Shown here in pieces: positions 17,154 to 25,534 of a stretch of 53,887 nt of DNA (positions within the stretch are counted from its first letter, which is position 1; each line of letters starts with the position of its first letter). The DNA lies in contig DATDUP010000006.1 in NCBI GenBank assembly GCA_035290345.1, forward strand, positions 1 to 53,887, written 5' to 3'. Under the pieces are notes generated by a model. The model was given only the letters and a program-made list of their open reading frames with translations, made no database searches and was not told the DNA's origin. The DNA comes from Patescibacteria group bacterium. Lineage in GTDB: Bacteria > Patescibacteriota > Patescibacteriia > Magasanikbacterales > UBA922. The translations under genes and the position numbers were made by a program.

Positions 17154-17672
17154 ATGACTTCTTTTTCTGAACGTATACCTGGTACCGAGGCCTATAAAAT
17201 GCGAAAGGCAATAGAGGCAGAAGAACAAAAGGATGGTTGGGAGGAAACTGGTGGCCCTGATTTAAATAACCCAGATTCCGAATCTCAGCCCGAGGATCAA
17301 GAGGCAGCAGAAGAAAAAAAGGGCCGATCCTGTTTAGATTATCTAACCCGTGGAAATTATTCTGTTTCTGATCCAGAAACTGGAGAGGATCGGGACATCA
17401 GCCGCGATGAGTTTCATCAACTATTACAAGAAAAACCCGCCCTCGCTGATGAGTTGAACAAGTTAACCAATGACCAACTTACGGCCGGAACATGCGAAAC
17501 CGCTGTCTCCCAGTTAAACGATGTCTGGGGATCACGACGTGAAATGACCGGGATATACAAAGAGGTACAATTTGAATTTCCCAATGGCCTGAAAATGAAA
17601 ATAAAAATCTTTCCTGAGATGGATAATGCTATGTCTTTCTCCGGGGACTGGACTAATCTTAAAGAACAATAA
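17154..17672 (+). CDS. hypothetical acidic protein
   Basis: 172-aa ORF with a Glu/Asp-rich N-terminal half. It has its own promoter and terminator. I recognise no motif. Confidence 0.55.
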   Translation: MTSFSERIPGTEAYKMRKAIEAEEQKDGWEETGGPDLNNPDSESQPEDQEAAEEKKGRSCLDYLTRGNYSVSDPETGEDRDISRDEFHQLLQEKPALADELNKLTNDQLTAGTCETAVSQLNDVWGSRREMTGIYKEVQFEFPNGLKMKIKIFPEMDNAMSFSGDWTNLKEQ

Positions 17673-17686
17673 AAATCATTTAAAAT

Positions 17687-17716
17687 AAAGCCCCTTTCCG
17701 GGGCTTTATTTTTTTT
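17687..17716. terminator. bidirectional intrinsic terminator between convergent genes
   Basis: AAAGCCCC (17687-17694), loop tttcc, GGGGCTTT (17700-17707). T9 follows on the + strand and an A-run precedes it, which gives a T-run on the - strand. The hairpin overlaps the last codons of the GT2 gene. Confidence 0.7.
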
Positions 17717-18419
17717 TCAAAGAAGGTAATTCGTTATGGTATGGTCGACGACCGACACAAAGACAAAGAAAATTAAAAAAATAACGACCCAGATAACGAT
17801 TGAGACGATAGCGACGGCCAGAAACAAAACACTTTAAACTCATATCCAATTTTATCCGTCCCAACCTGGCCAATTTCCGGCACAAATCTGAATCTTCTCC
17901 ATAGCGAAGTTGAGGGTCAAAACCAGTAGTTTGCTGATAATCCTTTTTTCGAAAGGTCATATTGTTCCCCATGGGACCCACCTGCCCCCCTGACACCACT
18001 CGGGCAAAAAACCAGAGAAGATAATGAATAAAAAAACGAATAAAATTAATACCAATCCCGGTATCATAATATATCATCTGCCCCCCCAGGCAAACCAATT
18101 GTTTATCCTGCGCAAACCTTTTCTCTACCTCTACCAAATAATTGGCTGGCAAACGGGTATCAGCGTCAATCTGCAAAATATAATCACCTTGGGCAATTTC
18201 TGTCCCAGTCCTTCTGGCCCAACCCACTCCCAGTCTTTTTTCTGAAACCACCCATACCCCCAATTCTTGCGCTAAAGACAACGTCCTATCCTGAGAATTA
18301 TTATCAACCACCACAATCTCATAGTCGTCGGCCGGGTAATTTAAATGCTTGGCCGCCTGAATACAGGCCACAATATATTCCTCTTCATCATGGGCGGGAA
18401 TAATTATAGAAAACTTCAT
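17706..18419 (-). CDS. family 2 glycosyltransferase
   Basis: FSIIIPAHDEEEYIVACIQAA...YEIVVVDNNSQDRT...QIDADT (DxD-type), a typical GT-A/GT2 N-terminus. Confidence 0.85.
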   Translation of the reverse strand: MKFSIIIPAHDEEEYIVACIQAAKHLNYPADDYEIVVVDNNSQDRTLSLAQELGVWVVSEKRLGVGWARRTGTEIAQGDYILQIDADTRLPANYLVEVEKRFAQDKQLVCLGGQMIYYDTGIGINFIRFFIHYLLWFFARVVSGGQVGPMGNNMTFRKKDYQQTTGFDPQLRYGEDSDLCRKLARLGRIKLDMSLKCFVSGRRYRLNRYLGRYFFNFLCLCVGRRPYHNELPSLKKK

Positions 18420-18474
18420 AATCTCTTAAGTATGCCAAAACAAAAACGCGCCGGCAAGCCGGTGCGTCATTTTT

Positions 18475-19014
18475 CTACCAAGTATTTGCTTCACCACCAT
18501 CCCAGAATTGCCCGAGACCGGTCGACTCTCCCAAGGGGTCGGGATTGTTAAAATCTTTCATATTTTCATCTACCTTGACTTCTACCCCAGCATAGAAAGG
18601 CTTATCAATTCCGCCTCCACCAGTAGTGGCTTCGCGCAAATATCGTTCCACAAACAAAGAAATACTAAAGGCCGAAAGGGTAATCAAAACACCGAGCACT
18701 GCATATTTGATTATTGTCTTTGCCTTATCCACCTGTTCGCTTTCTCCCCGCGAGGTCATAATCAAAAATCCGGCATAGACTGTATAGGCAGTAAAAATCA
18801 CCCCTATCGTCCCTAAAAGTATCTGTACTATATAGGTAGCTACCAACCGTGGGTCGCGGGCCTGCCCAAGATTGGCCCCCTGTTCTCCCGCTGCTGCTTT
18901 CAACTGAGTCTGCAATTCCGTTTTATAATCCGCTCCGACTTCTAAAACCGAAAAGGCTAAGCTACAAAAAACAGCTAAACAGAGAATAATAATGAATGAA
19001 AATTTTTTTTTCAT
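18475..19014 (-). CDS. VirB2/TrbC-like (T4SS-pilin-type) membrane hairpin protein, paralogue 1, Cys-free C-terminal tail
   Basis: Signal peptide MKKKFSFIIILCLAVFC, then hydrophobic helix, loop YAGFLIMTSRGESEQVDKAKTII, and second helix. I prefer the internal ATG at 19014. Confidence 0.7.
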   Translation of the reverse strand: MKKKFSFIIILCLAVFCSLAFSVLEVGADYKTELQTQLKAAAGEQGANLGQARDPRLVATYIVQILLGTIGVIFTAYTVYAGFLIMTSRGESEQVDKAKTIIKYAVLGVLITLSAFSISLFVERYLREATTGGGGIDKPFYAGVEVKVDENMKDFNNPDPLGESTGLGQFWDGGEANTW

Positions 19015-19015
19015 G

Positions 19016-19426
19016 TTATTTCGGTACCACCCCACCCTCGACTACGGCCTTAGAGATCCGTTCCAGGATGAAATAAGTGATTGAATATGAAACAAAAATA
19101 ACTGCCAGACCGATTACCGCGGCTCGAATAGTATTTCGCCCCTTGCTCAATCTTTCTTCTTCACCATGGGAAGTGATATACCAATAGCTCCCAAAAACAA
19201 TCAAAACAATGAACACTGATCCGACGGTTGCTAGGGCGAGGTAAATCAACCAGGCAATCGTCAGACGCGGATCTCCTGGTTGCTCCAGTTCCGCTCCTTT
19301 AGCTCCTGCTCCGATTTGTTGGTTCACCTGACCAACTAAATTAACCGCCTCCACCGGACTACTGGCCAATATGAAAAAAGACAAAAAGAAGAAGAGGGGA
19401 AAAACAAAACTGAAAATTTTTTTCAT
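19016..19426 (-). CDS. VirB2/TrbC-like membrane hairpin protein, paralogue 2 (short form)
   Basis: Signal peptide, DPRL motif shared with paralogue 1, loop FGSYWYITSHGEEERLSKGRNTI, and second helix. Confidence 0.65.
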   Translation of the reverse strand: MKKIFSFVFPLFFFLSFFILASSPVEAVNLVGQVNQQIGAGAKGAELEQPGDPRLTIAWLIYLALATVGSVFIVLIVFGSYWYITSHGEEERLSKGRNTIRAAVIGLAVIFVSYSITYFILERISKAVVEGGVVPK

Positions 19427-19428
19427 AA

Positions 19429-20064
19429 TTACTGACATATGGATGCTTTCACACTGGCCTGATATTCACACTTGTCTGCATCATAACCACCCTTAACGCA
19501 AATCTCCGTACATTCTTCGGCCGAAGCCACATCTAAGTAATATTGGGAGTCAAAGCAACCTTTTTTCCAGCCAGCTTCATCTGCTTCCCCCTCATCTTCA
19601 TCCGCCACCACCCAATCGCCCCAGCAACGTCGGCAGCAACTTACCATACTCTCATCCTCTTGCGTCTTGGGATTTACTTCCTCACTGCTTTCTAAAATGT
19701 TAGGGACAATAAAGGTGGTAACACTGTAAGCTCCCACCGTAAGAATCACTCCAATCACGCTGCCGGTAATTATCTTCTGAGCTTTTTTTACCTGATCCTC
19801 TTCCCCCCGGGCCGTCATCCAAAGATAGCCAGCATAAACCATCAACAAAAGAAAAATCGCCCCGACAAATGACAAGGCAATGGCGATGATATAACCAATG
19901 GTAACAGAAAAGGTCGTCTCGTTAGTTGAACCAGAATAACCAGCTTCAGTAGCAGCCATTTTCGTATCTTTCAAACCAAAATTCAAAGCTAAGGCCGGCT
20001 CAACACTTAGCCACACCAACAAGAGTAAACTAGCTAACAAACCGATTTTCCATTTTATTGACAT
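19429..20064 (-). CDS. VirB2/TrbC-like hairpin protein, paralogue 3, with acidic 8-Cys C-terminal module
   Basis: YAGYLWMTARGEEDQVKKAQKII between two helices. The C-terminus is SCCRRCWGD...GCFDS...ECTEICVKG...KCEY...SICQ. Confidence 0.75.
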   Translation of the reverse strand: MSIKWKIGLLASLLLLVWLSVEPALALNFGLKDTKMAATEAGYSGSTNETTFSVTIGYIIAIALSFVGAIFLLLMVYAGYLWMTARGEEDQVKKAQKIITGSVIGVILTVGAYSVTTFIVPNILESSEEVNPKTQEDESMVSCCRRCWGDWVVADEDEGEADEAGWKKGCFDSQYYLDVASAEECTEICVKGGYDADKCEYQASVKASICQ

Positions 20065-20067
20065 AAT

Positions 20068-20631
20068 TTATTCTTCGGCTTTTGGTTCCACACATTCTTT
20101 GGGATCAATTTTCCCTAAATATTCTCCCCCCTCATCAATACATTGCTTTTTATCCCATTGATATCGATCACAGGTGACTGACCAGGCACTTTCACATTTT
20201 TTACAACAATCTACCCCCAAATCGCCGGTCTCTGTTGTCCCTTCAGTAGAAGCTGTCCGACTCAAAATTCGAGGCACCACAAAATCTGTAATACCATAGG
20301 CTGAAACCACTATCACCAAACCGACCACCGCGGTTATCACTATCTTTTGCGATTTCTCTATATCGTTTTCTTCCCCCCGGGCCGTCATCCAAAGATAACC
20401 GGCATAGACCATCAATCCAAGAAATATCACCCCTAACATAGAAAGACCAGCTTTAACCGCCACTCCCACTGTTCTGGCTAAAGACTGCTCATTTGTTCCG
20501 CTATCATATTCAGCTGTCTTCGCTGCTTTTTCTACTTTACTAAAGCCAATATCCAAAGCCAAGACCTGGTTGGCTAACAAGATACTACTGAAAATTACTA
20601 GAATAACGGCACTGAGCTTAAACCTTCTCAT
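20068..20631 (-). CDS. VirB2/TrbC-like hairpin protein, paralogue 4, with 6-Cys C-terminal module
   Basis: YAGYLWMTARGEENDIEKSQKIV. The C-terminus is DCCKKCESAWSVTCDRYQWDKKQCIDEGG...KECVE. Confidence 0.75.
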   Translation of the reverse strand: MRRFKLSAVILVIFSSILLANQVLALDIGFSKVEKAAKTAEYDSGTNEQSLARTVGVAVKAGLSMLGVIFLGLMVYAGYLWMTARGEENDIEKSQKIVITAVVGLVIVVSAYGITDFVVPRILSRTASTEGTTETGDLGVDCCKKCESAWSVTCDRYQWDKKQCIDEGGEYLGKIDPKECVEPKAEE

Positions 20632-20637
20632 AACAAA

Positions 20638-21231
20638 TTATTTCTTGGGAGCACAACAAATAATATTATCTTTAGTCGCATTGTCGCCGGCCATACATTT
20701 CCCCACCTTACATATTTCAGGTGACTGTTCGCAATCGCTCAGTTGGGCTTCTAAATCTTCCTCATCTTCATCAAATGGATTGTCGTGTGTGGCATTACAG
20801 GTGTTGATATCTACACAACTCCAGCCGGGATTTTGTTTTTCACAATCATTTTGAAGAACCGTTTCTTGACTGCCGGATTGAAAACGCTTGGCCACAAGTA
20901 CGGTGATGGCATAGGCCGAGGCCACAATCACAAACCCAATCATGGTAGAAATAATTATCTTCTGGGCTTTCTCCACCTGACTTTCTTCCCCCCGGGCCGT
21001 CATCCAAAGATAGCCAGCATAAATCATCAGGATCATAAAAATTAAGCCCACAATACTCAAGGCAGCGTTAATTGCCTGACCGACCACTACATCCACACTA
21101 CTATAAGTCGTCGCTCCTGCCTTATCAGCAACAGCCGTTGCCTTGGTGCCAGCATCCTTCAATCCGGCGGCGGTTACTGAACTAAAAACCATTATTCCCA
21201 CAATTATTATTATAAAAACAAATTTCTTCAT
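20638..21231 (-). CDS. VirB2/TrbC-like hairpin protein, paralogue 5, with 8-Cys C-terminal module
   Basis: YAGYLWMTARGEESQVEKAQKII. The C-terminus is NDCEKQNPGWSCVDINTCNATH...DCEQSPEICKVGKCMAG...IICCAPKK. Confidence 0.75.
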   Translation of the reverse strand: MKKFVFIIIIVGIMVFSSVTAAGLKDAGTKATAVADKAGATTYSSVDVVVGQAINAALSIVGLIFMILMIYAGYLWMTARGEESQVEKAQKIIISTMIGFVIVASAYAITVLVAKRFQSGSQETVLQNDCEKQNPGWSCVDINTCNATHDNPFDEDEEDLEAQLSDCEQSPEICKVGKCMAGDNATKDNIICCAPKK

Positions 21232-21254
21232 AATTATTTGTTTGATTAGTCAAT

Positions 21255-21998
21255 TTAATCTTTCCCGATCAAATATTCCCAGCCAGACTGACTATCCTCT
21301 TCTTGCATTTCTGCCGCAGCCTCGCATTTACCGCTACTGGCCACCCCTTCCACAAATTCATAATAAGCCTGACCACACAATTCGTCCTGGTCATCGCAAT
21401 TATACCCGATTTCTTCGCAATCTGCTGCTGTAGTGATCAATCCCCGCCAATGAATAGGATGAATCTCTGATGCGGCCGCGATCGGGTCGCCAATTAAAGG
21501 AATCTCTTCTATTCCTTCCATAGGAAGATTACCAGGAACCCGATAAGCTTCCAAACAACATCCAGTTCCTTCTTCTCCGGCCACTCCAGTACTCTCCCCA
21601 GACAATGCTCCGGCTTTCTGGCCCTCCACCAGACGCGTCATAACAAAATTGGTGATGGCATAAGAGGAAACCGTGAGCACTAATCCAATACTGGCTGCAA
21701 TAATCGTCCCCCGAGCTTTATCTATTTGTTCTTCCTTGCCTTGAGCAGTAAACCACAAAAATCCACCATAAAATACCAAAACAAAGAAAATTAACCCCAC
21801 CATTCCGAGAGCCAGCTTAGCGGCCTTACCTCCGGCCTGTTCAACTGTCATTTCTTCTGCTCCAATTCCCACGTTTGCCTTAGCCGCAAAACTCTCCGCT
21901 TGAGTAGCCTTATATGCCGCTTCTGCTGGCACCACTAAAAACAAGAATAAGAATCCAGTTATCAATCCTCCTGTTATTATTGCTCTACTTCCAATCAC
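21255..21998 (-). CDS. VirB2/TrbC-like hairpin protein, paralogue 6, with 6-Cys C-terminal module
   Basis: YGGFLWFTAQGKEEQIDKARGTI. The C-terminus is GCCLEAY...ADCEEIGYNCDDQDELCGQ...GKCEAA. Confidence 0.7.
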   Translation of the reverse strand: MIGSRAIITGGLITGFLFLFLVVPAEAAYKATQAESFAAKANVGIGAEEMTVEQAGGKAAKLALGMVGLIFFVLVFYGGFLWFTAQGKEEQIDKARGTIIAASIGLVLTVSSYAITNFVMTRLVEGQKAGALSGESTGVAGEEGTGCCLEAYRVPGNLPMEGIEEIPLIGDPIAAASEIHPIHWRGLITTAADCEEIGYNCDDQDELCGQAYYEFVEGVASSGKCEAAAEMQEEDSQSGWEYLIGKD

Positions 21999-22599
21999 AA
22001 TGGTTAGCTTTATTCTTACAAAGTTGTTCAGTTAAACCACCACAAAAGGCGTTGGGGTTGGTCTTATAAGCGTCTTTTATCTTACACTCTACCGGATCGT
22101 TCGTCACCAGTTCACAGTACCCGGAATTAGTACAATCTTCGACCACATCAATTGCCGCACAAAACGACCCCATAGTTGTAGCCGCCGTTGCTTTTGCTAC
22201 ACAACCTGTCGCCACTTGGCTACTGCCGGTATTTGGTCCGCCACTACTTTGAATAGAACTAAAAACAAATTTAGTGATGGCGTAAGAGGACAGGACAATG
22301 ATGATGCCGATAATAGCGGCAATAATCGTTTGCAAAGCCTTTTTTTCCTCTTCCGCGCTTCCTTTAGCCAACATCCAAGTAATACCCCCATAGATCATCA
22401 GGCCAAAAAATAAAACACCGACCAAAGAAAGACCGGTTCCCAAAACTTTACCAATCAAGGTCGGCAGATCCGAACCACCATAGGCTGTCAAACCCGCTTC
22501 ACCAGCGGTCTCGGCCAAGCCATATTGAGCCAAAGTCACACCTGGAATCAAAACTGTAATAACTAGAATCAAGAAAAAAAACTTTCCTAGTCTGCTCAT
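21985..22599 (-). CDS. VirB2/TrbC-like hairpin protein, paralogue 7, with 8-Cys C-terminal module
   Basis: YGGITWMLAKGSAEEEKKALQTI. The C-terminus is GCVAK...FCAAIDVVEDCTNSGYCELV...ECKIK...FCGGLTEQLCKNKANHCDWK. It overlaps paralogue 6 by 14 nt. Confidence 0.7.
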   Translation of the reverse strand: MSRLGKFFFLILVITVLIPGVTLAQYGLAETAGEAGLTAYGGSDLPTLIGKVLGTGLSLVGVLFFGLMIYGGITWMLAKGSAEEEKKALQTIIAAIIGIIIVLSSYAITKFVFSSIQSSGGPNTGSSQVATGCVAKATAATTMGSFCAAIDVVEDCTNSGYCELVTNDPVECKIKDAYKTNPNAFCGGLTEQLCKNKANHCDWK

Positions 22600-22602
22600 A
22601 GC

Positions 22603-23019
22603 TTAAAAATTATCAAAGTTATAATATTCATCCCCCACTGTCGCCTTATACAACTGAGTCATGACAAACCGGGTAATGGCGTAAGCAGCAAAAATAATCA
22701 ATAAACCGATAACTGCCGCTATCAAAGTTTTCTTGGCCGAACCAATGGCGTCTTCATTCCCCGCCGAAGTCATCCACCTAAAACCAGCATAGAGAATGAT
22801 AACCGTACAAATCGTACCCAATAAACCCAAGGCCACAATGATTATTTGGGCAACTGTAAAACGCACATCTTCGCTTCCCAAACCGGTCGCCTTACCATAT
22901 TCCAACCCTAAATAAGGACCGGTACTCTGAGCCGAAGCCAACATCGGTAAACCAAAAACTAAAAACAAAGAAAAAACAACCGCTAACAAAGAAGGTAGTG
23001 CTATTTTTTTTGTGGACAT
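22603..23019 (-). CDS. VirB2/TrbC-like pilin-type protein, paralogue 8 (minimal 138-aa form)
   Basis: Signal peptide ...LPMLASA, then helix, YAGFRWMTSAGNEDAIGSAKKTL, helix and a short tail. AAGGAGGG lies upstream. Confidence 0.75.
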   Translation of the reverse strand: MSTKKIALPSLLAVVFSLFLVFGLPMLASAQSTGPYLGLEYGKATGLGSEDVRFTVAQIIIVALGLLGTICTVIILYAGFRWMTSAGNEDAIGSAKKTLIAAVIGLLIIFAAYAITRFVMTQLYKATVGDEYYNFDNF

Positions 23020-23164
23020 AGTTTAAAACAATAAATACTGGCTACCCTCCTTTTTCTTACCACTATTTACTGCTCATGAGCAGTACCCTGCCCCGGATCA
23101 TGATACGGGGCAGGGTGTGATTGTTACTAAAACTGTTTTAGTAGCCATCGCTACTGGCAAATGA
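23020..23164 (-). promoter_or_regulatory. highly structured intergenic spacer (four consecutive hairpins/palindromes) between paralogues 9 and 8
   Basis: Perfect 18-nt palindrome tactgctcatgagcagta (23068-23085). 10-bp GC stem ccctgccccg/cggggcaggg (23086-23115). tactaaaac/gttttagta (23125-23143). gtagc/gctac (23141-23154). Confidence 0.5.
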
Positions 23165-23593
23165 TTAGAGTTCTTCTGTCGCGTAATCTTCACCAGTGGT
23201 GGCCAAATACAATTGCTCAAGTACGAACCGGGCGATAGCGTAAGCGGTTAGAATAATACCCAAACCGATTACTCCAGCAATGATCAATTTCTTCGCTTCG
23301 GCAACCTTATCTTCATTACCGCCGGCTGTCATCCATTTGAAACCACCAGCCAAGACGATCACAACGGCGACGATACCCAACATACTCAACGCTACGTTGA
23401 TAATATTGGAAATCATGTCGCGCAGATCCTGATTGCCTAAACCGGTTTTCTTGCCATAAACCAAACCGAAGTTTATCGTACCAGTTGCGTCCTCTGCGGA
23501 CACCAACATTGGAGCCACAAAAGTTGCCAATATCAAAGATAGAACCACGGTTACCACTACCTTATTTTTTGCCAAATTTATTAACCAAGACAT
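23165..23593 (-). CDS. VirB2/TrbC-like pilin-type protein, paralogue 9 (minimal 142-aa form, candidate major subunit)
   Basis: Signal peptide ...PMLVSA, LAGGFKWMTAGGNEDKVAEAKKLI between two helices. It has a strong SD AAGGGGGTGA and is the only member flanked by intergenic spacers on both sides. Confidence 0.75.
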   Translation of the reverse strand: MSWLINLAKNKVVVTVVLSLILATFVAPMLVSAEDATGTINFGLVYGKKTGLGNQDLRDMISNIINVALSMLGIVAVVIVLAGGFKWMTAGGNEDKVAEAKKLIIAGVIGLGIILTAYAIARFVLEQLYLATTGEDYATEEL

Positions 23594-23641
23594 GTTCTCA
23601 CCCCCTTTCTGTTTAGGGATAAATAAACTAAATAATTAGTT

Positions 23642-24601
23642 TTATTTTGCTTTTAAACTCCCGGTATCTATCGGAGTTAGCTGTATTCCCTCCAAACTCT
23701 TTCCGCCGGTTGCCCCCAATCCTTGAATCACGAGCTGTAGTATACCATAGGCAGCAAAAATGATAAACAGTCCAATCACTGCGCTCACCATCGCTTTCTG
23801 TCCCTTCTTAAATTTTTCTTCATCACCAGCAGCCGTGATGAACATAAAGCCGCCATAGACAAACACCACCAAGGTCACCGAACCGATCAACCCCATGGCA
23901 TAAGCTATTATCTTTCCTAACAAAACTCGCATATCCAATAGGCCGGTCGGTTTGGCCACTGTCCCACCCAAAGGATTAATCAAGCTCACCACGGTTTGGC
24001 TGACATCTGAAGCTGCACCCGCCGGTGTTGTCCCAGCATCAACCCCCCCTGAAGCTGGTGGGGTATCGGCACATGCCCCCTCTTTCCATTCGCAAGCCTT
24101 ACTACTGGCAATCAATGTCTTACACAATTTTTGACAATCAGAAGCTTCATCCCCAGTGCAATCCCAACTAGTTAATTTGGCGCTGGTCAAGGTCTTCTCA
24201 AAAGCAGCTGGACAATCCAAATTAATATGTTCTTTGACAAAAAGACGAACATAATCAGGGCTGCCAGCACAAGCATCACACTTAGTTGGGTCAGTCAGAC
24301 AGTCGTCCATTTGGTTCGGTTCTTTGCAGAATATTAGGGAAGCGGACCCGTCTTTTATTTTACCATCCAAAAATCCATTCCACAGCACACCAAATACACC
24401 CGAGCCCATACAATCATCTTTCTGAGCAAAAACCAAATCACCAGCCGCTGTCTTAGCCACATCTCCTTCTTCGATTGGTCCTGATTCACTTCCTGTCCCA
24501 TAAAAACAAACCGGAGATACTGTTTCTGCCCGGACGATTAGTGGCAACAACAAAAATGACCCTAGCAGTAGAAATGGTAAAACAAATCTTCGCTTTTCCA
24601 T
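23642..24601 (-). CDS. 12-Cys N-terminal ectodomain fused to a C-terminal VirB2/TrbC-like hairpin, paralogue 10
   Basis: Signal peptide MEKRRFVLPFLLLGSFLLLPLIVRA and a Cys-rich region of about 190 aa. Then LGKIIAYAMGLIGSVTLVVFVYGGFMFITAAGDEEKFKKGQKAM and a second helix. I prefer the internal ATG at 24601. Confidence 0.7.
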   Translation of the reverse strand: MEKRRFVLPFLLLGSFLLLPLIVRAETVSPVCFYGTGSESGPIEEGDVAKTAAGDLVFAQKDDCMGSGVFGVLWNGFLDGKIKDGSASLIFCKEPNQMDDCLTDPTKCDACAGSPDYVRLFVKEHINLDCPAAFEKTLTSAKLTSWDCTGDEASDCQKLCKTLIASSKACEWKEGACADTPPASGGVDAGTTPAGAASDVSQTVVSLINPLGGTVAKPTGLLDMRVLLGKIIAYAMGLIGSVTLVVFVYGGFMFITAAGDEEKFKKGQKAMVSAVIGLFIIFAAYGILQLVIQGLGATGGKSLEGIQLTPIDTGSLKAK

Positions 24602-24611
24602 ACACTTATAA

Positions 24612-25532
24612 TTAATAGTTCCTAAAGTCATAAAGCGGACTGACCCCAACCGCATCTAATAAAAATTCTACCAAAATATAAGCAGATAAAGAAATCGCCA
24701 TCCCTACAACCGCAGCTAAAATTATCTGATAACCTTTCCGTGTTCTCTCTGGATTGCCAAAAGAAGTGATTATTGTGAACCCACCGTAGATAAAAAAGGC
24801 AAAAGCAAATGAACCAATAATTACCAGAAGACCGTTGGCAAAATTCACTAATAACTGCAACAAATCATTGGTACTCCGGCAGGTTCCAGAAAAAGCGCAG
24901 GGGGGCAAGGCCCCTTTATAACCTTCGGGGGTGGGATATTTTTTCTGCCAGTATTGTGACTGAACATCCCCTGGAGCGCCAGCACTTCCTCCGGCCACTT
25001 CCGCACACGTACCATCAGCCTGCAATTCGCAACCGTTAAAAGCGGCACAGATAGATTTACATTTTTCTTTATTCGCCTCTTCATTGCAATCAACTGTTCC
25101 GATGGCTTTGGCAAAATCCTCTTGGCAGGAAGCAGCCACTTTTTGTCCCTGCTTCATTTTGGTCATTTGGCAAGTGCCACACTCATCTGAATTAACACAT
25201 TTGTCATAATCCGCCTCCGGACAAGTGCCTTGAATGCACTTATAGCTAGTTATTTTTTCCGCATCAACCCCTTGCTCAAAGGCCTTGGCTATACTGTTAA
25301 TACAATCGTCAGCGGTTTGATAACTATAAGGAGCATTAAAATCACCACCCAAAGAAAGATTCCCACTACTGCCGAATGGGAAAGCCAGGTTCAATGGTTC
25401 TGTTTCTGCTCCTTCCATCCAGGCACAATTACAAACATCCTTATCAGCCGCGGCTACTGACAATGGAGTGGCCAGACTGAACAAAACGCCAAAGGTAAGA
25501 AAAACTACAACAAAAAATATCTTAGGATGCAT
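24612..25532 (-). CDS. 16-Cys N-terminal ectodomain fused to a C-terminal VirB2/TrbC-like hairpin, paralogue 11
   Basis: Signal peptide ...PLSVAAA and a Cys-rich region (DVCNCAW...KCIQGTCPEADYDKCVNSDECGTCQ...). Then YGGFTIITSFGNPERTRKGYQII and a helix. Confidence 0.7.
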   Translation of the reverse strand: MHPKIFFVVVFLTFGVLFSLATPLSVAAADKDVCNCAWMEGAETEPLNLAFPFGSSGNLSLGGDFNAPYSYQTADDCINSIAKAFEQGVDAEKITSYKCIQGTCPEADYDKCVNSDECGTCQMTKMKQGQKVAASCQEDFAKAIGTVDCNEEANKEKCKSICAAFNGCELQADGTCAEVAGGSAGAPGDVQSQYWQKKYPTPEGYKGALPPCAFSGTCRSTNDLLQLLVNFANGLLVIIGSFAFAFFIYGGFTIITSFGNPERTRKGYQIILAAVVGMAISLSAYILVEFLLDAVGVSPLYDFRNY

Positions 25533-25534
25533 AT

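Noticed and set aside
19799-21012. A repeated 29-nt sequence at roughly 570-615-nt spacing, which could suggest a CRISPR-like or other interspersed repeat
   Set aside because: All three copies lie in frame inside paralogous genes and encode the same LWMTARGEE loop. The spacing is simply the gene length. The window contains no short regular repeat-spacer structure.
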